Source: Octopus bimaculoides
Lineage: Eukaryota
Assembly (NCBI RefSeq): GCF_001194135.2
Contig: NC_068992.1
Coordinates: 65,252,970-65,316,969 of the forward strand
Direction: 5' to 3'
Length of the DNA stretch: 64,000 nt
Below, one piece after another: positions 62,969-64,000 of this stretch. Position numbers and translations under genes: made by a program. Under the pieces are notes generated by a model. It made no database searches. It was given only the letters and a program-made list of their open reading frames with translations, and was not told the origin of the DNA. The stretch's first letter is position 1, and the number at the start of each line of letters is the position of its first letter.

Positions 62969-64000
62969 GAATATTCCTAGAACCCTGTGTCATCTCAAAC
63001 TAAGCCATTACCAATTTCTGTAGCTGAGAAACACAGGCAAAATGGACATAGCGCCGGACGAAATACCAGCATGTCTGTAACTTAGCATTCTGAGTTCAAA
63101 TCACACGCCTAGGTTGGAAATACTTGTCATTACTTTGGGTCTGACGAAGTAAATACGCTTGAATCATCGCTAACATTTGGCAGCATTGTGCCTAATTAGA
63201 TATAATTATTAAAGAAAACTCTAACATCGGGAAAAAAGTGGCCCATTTTTTTGACAAGGGAGGGGTGTGGAATCGGTGATATTGACCCAAGCACATAGCT
63301 GGTATTTTAAGGTTAAAACAGTCGTATTTGAATAAAAAAACGCCAAGGAATTGATGTAAATAGTGGGTGGGAATATATTGTCGCCCGCAGTCAAACATGA
63401 AGGCAAGTTAATAAAGAAGGGTAGTCTTATTTCTAGTCTCATGAGTTTGTACGAGGCGAGCTATCCCTTTTCAACCCGGAGTACCAGTGGCATCCTCTTA
63501 TGATAACTAAGATTATAATCATCCGAGTTCGAAATCATGTGATACGGATATATCCGTTTACATTATTTTCTGAGTTCATCTCACATTGGAAAGGCGCTTT
63601 AGTTTGCTCCCTCGCTTTCCGTCGATTCATGATGTTAGTGCTCTGTGTGGCTATTTTGAGTCGCTTTGACTCTTATTTCTAGCAATTGCCGTTCATATAC
63701 ATATGCATAGAGATGTAAATATTCGTACACACATATATATATATATAGACATACATGTTCAACAACACTTTTATGGACGGGAGAAAAGTTACATAAAGTT
63801 TGTTGAAAGCGATGAACCTGGCGGCCGTTGTGTTACTTGGTAAATTTCTTTCGATTAAAGATAAAAGAAATATTTATATTCGTGTATGATGGAGTTTTCC
63901 TACAATTTGGTCTGTAAAACCTGTGCCTGAGAGGGTTCCCATGTGTGCTTCTGTGTGTCTACCTCAGTGCGTATGCATGTGTATATATATATATATATAT

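Overview
AT-rich, microsatellite-saturated eukaryotic scaffold with 11 N-gaps (about 4.2 kb in total). The repeat repertoire (tRNA-headed SINEs resembling the octopus OR/OK types, including a CORE-type family, plus mariner MITEs and Penelope-type repeats) points to an octopus (coleoid cephalopod) genome; this is inference from pattern recognition, not a database search. I recognise no host protein-coding gene, tRNA, rRNA or CRISPR array. Nearly all listed ORFs are translations of microsatellites, gaps or decayed transposons, so the window looks intergenic or deep-intronic. Supported content: about 35 SINE copies or fragments from several families; decayed RTE-clade and R4/Dong-clade LINE pieces; two mariner transposase relics and a mariner MITE; and a Penelope-like repeat. 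The most interesting signal is a complete minimal type I hammerhead-ribozyme core on the minus strand (33969-34014) inside that Penelope-like repeat, with the short palindromic stem III typical of dimer-cleaving variants. Secondary signals are closely spaced inverted SINE pairs (possible ADAR substrates), a perfect CTCF motif next to an AP-1 site, a twin-CRE plus E-box cluster, a 78-bp perfect palindrome built around (AT)32, and a 4x19-bp minisatellite born from a SINE tail.
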